A stretch of DNA of 64,000 bases from Squalus acanthias (Eukaryota). Below the pieces are notes generated by a model that did no database searches, had not been told where the DNA came from, and worked only from the letters and a program-made list of their open reading frames with translations. The DNA lies in NCBI GenBank assembly GCA_030390025.1, contig CM059432.1:99512001-99576000 (forward strand), in the 5' to 3' direction. Both the position numbers and the translations under genes were made by a program. Of this stretch, positions 63,188 to 64,000 are shown one piece after another; position 1 is the first letter of the stretch; each line of letters begins with the position of its first letter.

Positions 63188-63800
63188 GCAGCCACATAAA
63201 TACTGTGGCTACAAGGGCAGGTCAGTGGCTGGGTATTCTGCGACGAGTGTCTCACCTCCTGACTCCCCAAAGCCTTTCCACCATCTACAAGGCACAAGTA
63301 CGGAGTGTGATGGAATACTCTCCTCTTGCCTGGATGACTGCAGCTCCAACAACACTCAAGAAGCTCGATACCATCCAGGACAAGGCAGCCTGCTTGATTG
63401 GCACCCATCCACCACATTAAACATTCACTCGCTCCACCACCAGCGTACCGTGGCTGCAGTGTTTACCATCTACAAGATGCACCACAGCAACCTGCCAGGG
63501 CTTCTTTGACAGCACCTCCCAAACCCCCGACCTCTACCACCTAGAGCGACCAGGGCAGCAGGCACTTGGGAACACCAACACCTGTAAGTTCCCCTCCAAG
63601 TCACGCACCATCCTGACTTGGAAATACATCGCCATTCCTTCATCGTCTCTGGGTCAAAATCCTGGAACTCCCTCACCTAACCACACTGTGGGAGTACCTT
63701 CACCACACGGACTGCAGCGGTTCAAGGCGGCGGCTCACCACCACTTTATCAAGGGCAATTAGGGATGGGCAATAAATGCTGGTCTTGCCAGTGGTGCCCA
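63188..63800 (+). mobile_element. 3' fragment of the second-lineage CR1-group LINE
   Basis: ATRAGQWLGILRRVSHLLTPQSLSTIYKAQVRSVMEYSPLAW; tail AAGGGCAATTAGGGATGGGCAATAAATGCTGG as at 46085-46127. Confidence 0.9.
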
Positions 63801-64000
63801 CTGCATTGCAAATGAGGGCCCTGTGAGGAAAGTGCAGTGGTTTGCAGCGGAGTCACTTAGGCGGACATTACTCCCCTTCCCCAACAAATAACTTGCCAAC
63901 ACAAGGAGAATCCAGCCCGTTGAGTCTAGAGGTGACAAGAGCAAGCGTTTTGGTGGTAATTCTTGTTGCTGTTTTGTTGGAATCCTATGATATTGACCTT

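Overview
Eukaryotic, repeat-saturated vertebrate DNA. The repeat inventory (V-domain HE1-type SINEs, Deu-domain SINEs, HER1-like CR1 LINEs) points to a cartilaginous fish; this is an inference. I found no convincing host protein-coding gene, so the window looks intergenic or intronic. It holds about 8 PIF/Harbinger transposon copies or remnants (DDE transposase convergent with a 3-exon Myb/SANT-like gene) and many Harbinger MITEs. It also holds several CR1 LINEs, three solo LTRs with 4-bp TSDs and tRNA-derived SINEs. Highlights: (1) a young Penelope-like element (RT + GIY-YIG, intact frame, 3' hammerhead ribozyme) inserted in frame into a CR1 ORF2, giving a 958-codon chimeric ORF; (2) a family of tiny hammerhead-bearing retroposons, with one intact ~100-bp copy flanked by a 14-15-bp TSD just upstream of a transposase ATG; (3) a LINE whose 5' end is a tRNA-SINE head plus SINE-like core that supplies the ORF start codon; (4) a 44-nt tandem array inside an LTR whose hairpins are conserved while sequence varies; (5) MITEs with conserved GGTAAGT motifs and covarying palindromes. 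Coordinates were read by eye. Boundaries without a TSD are approximate.
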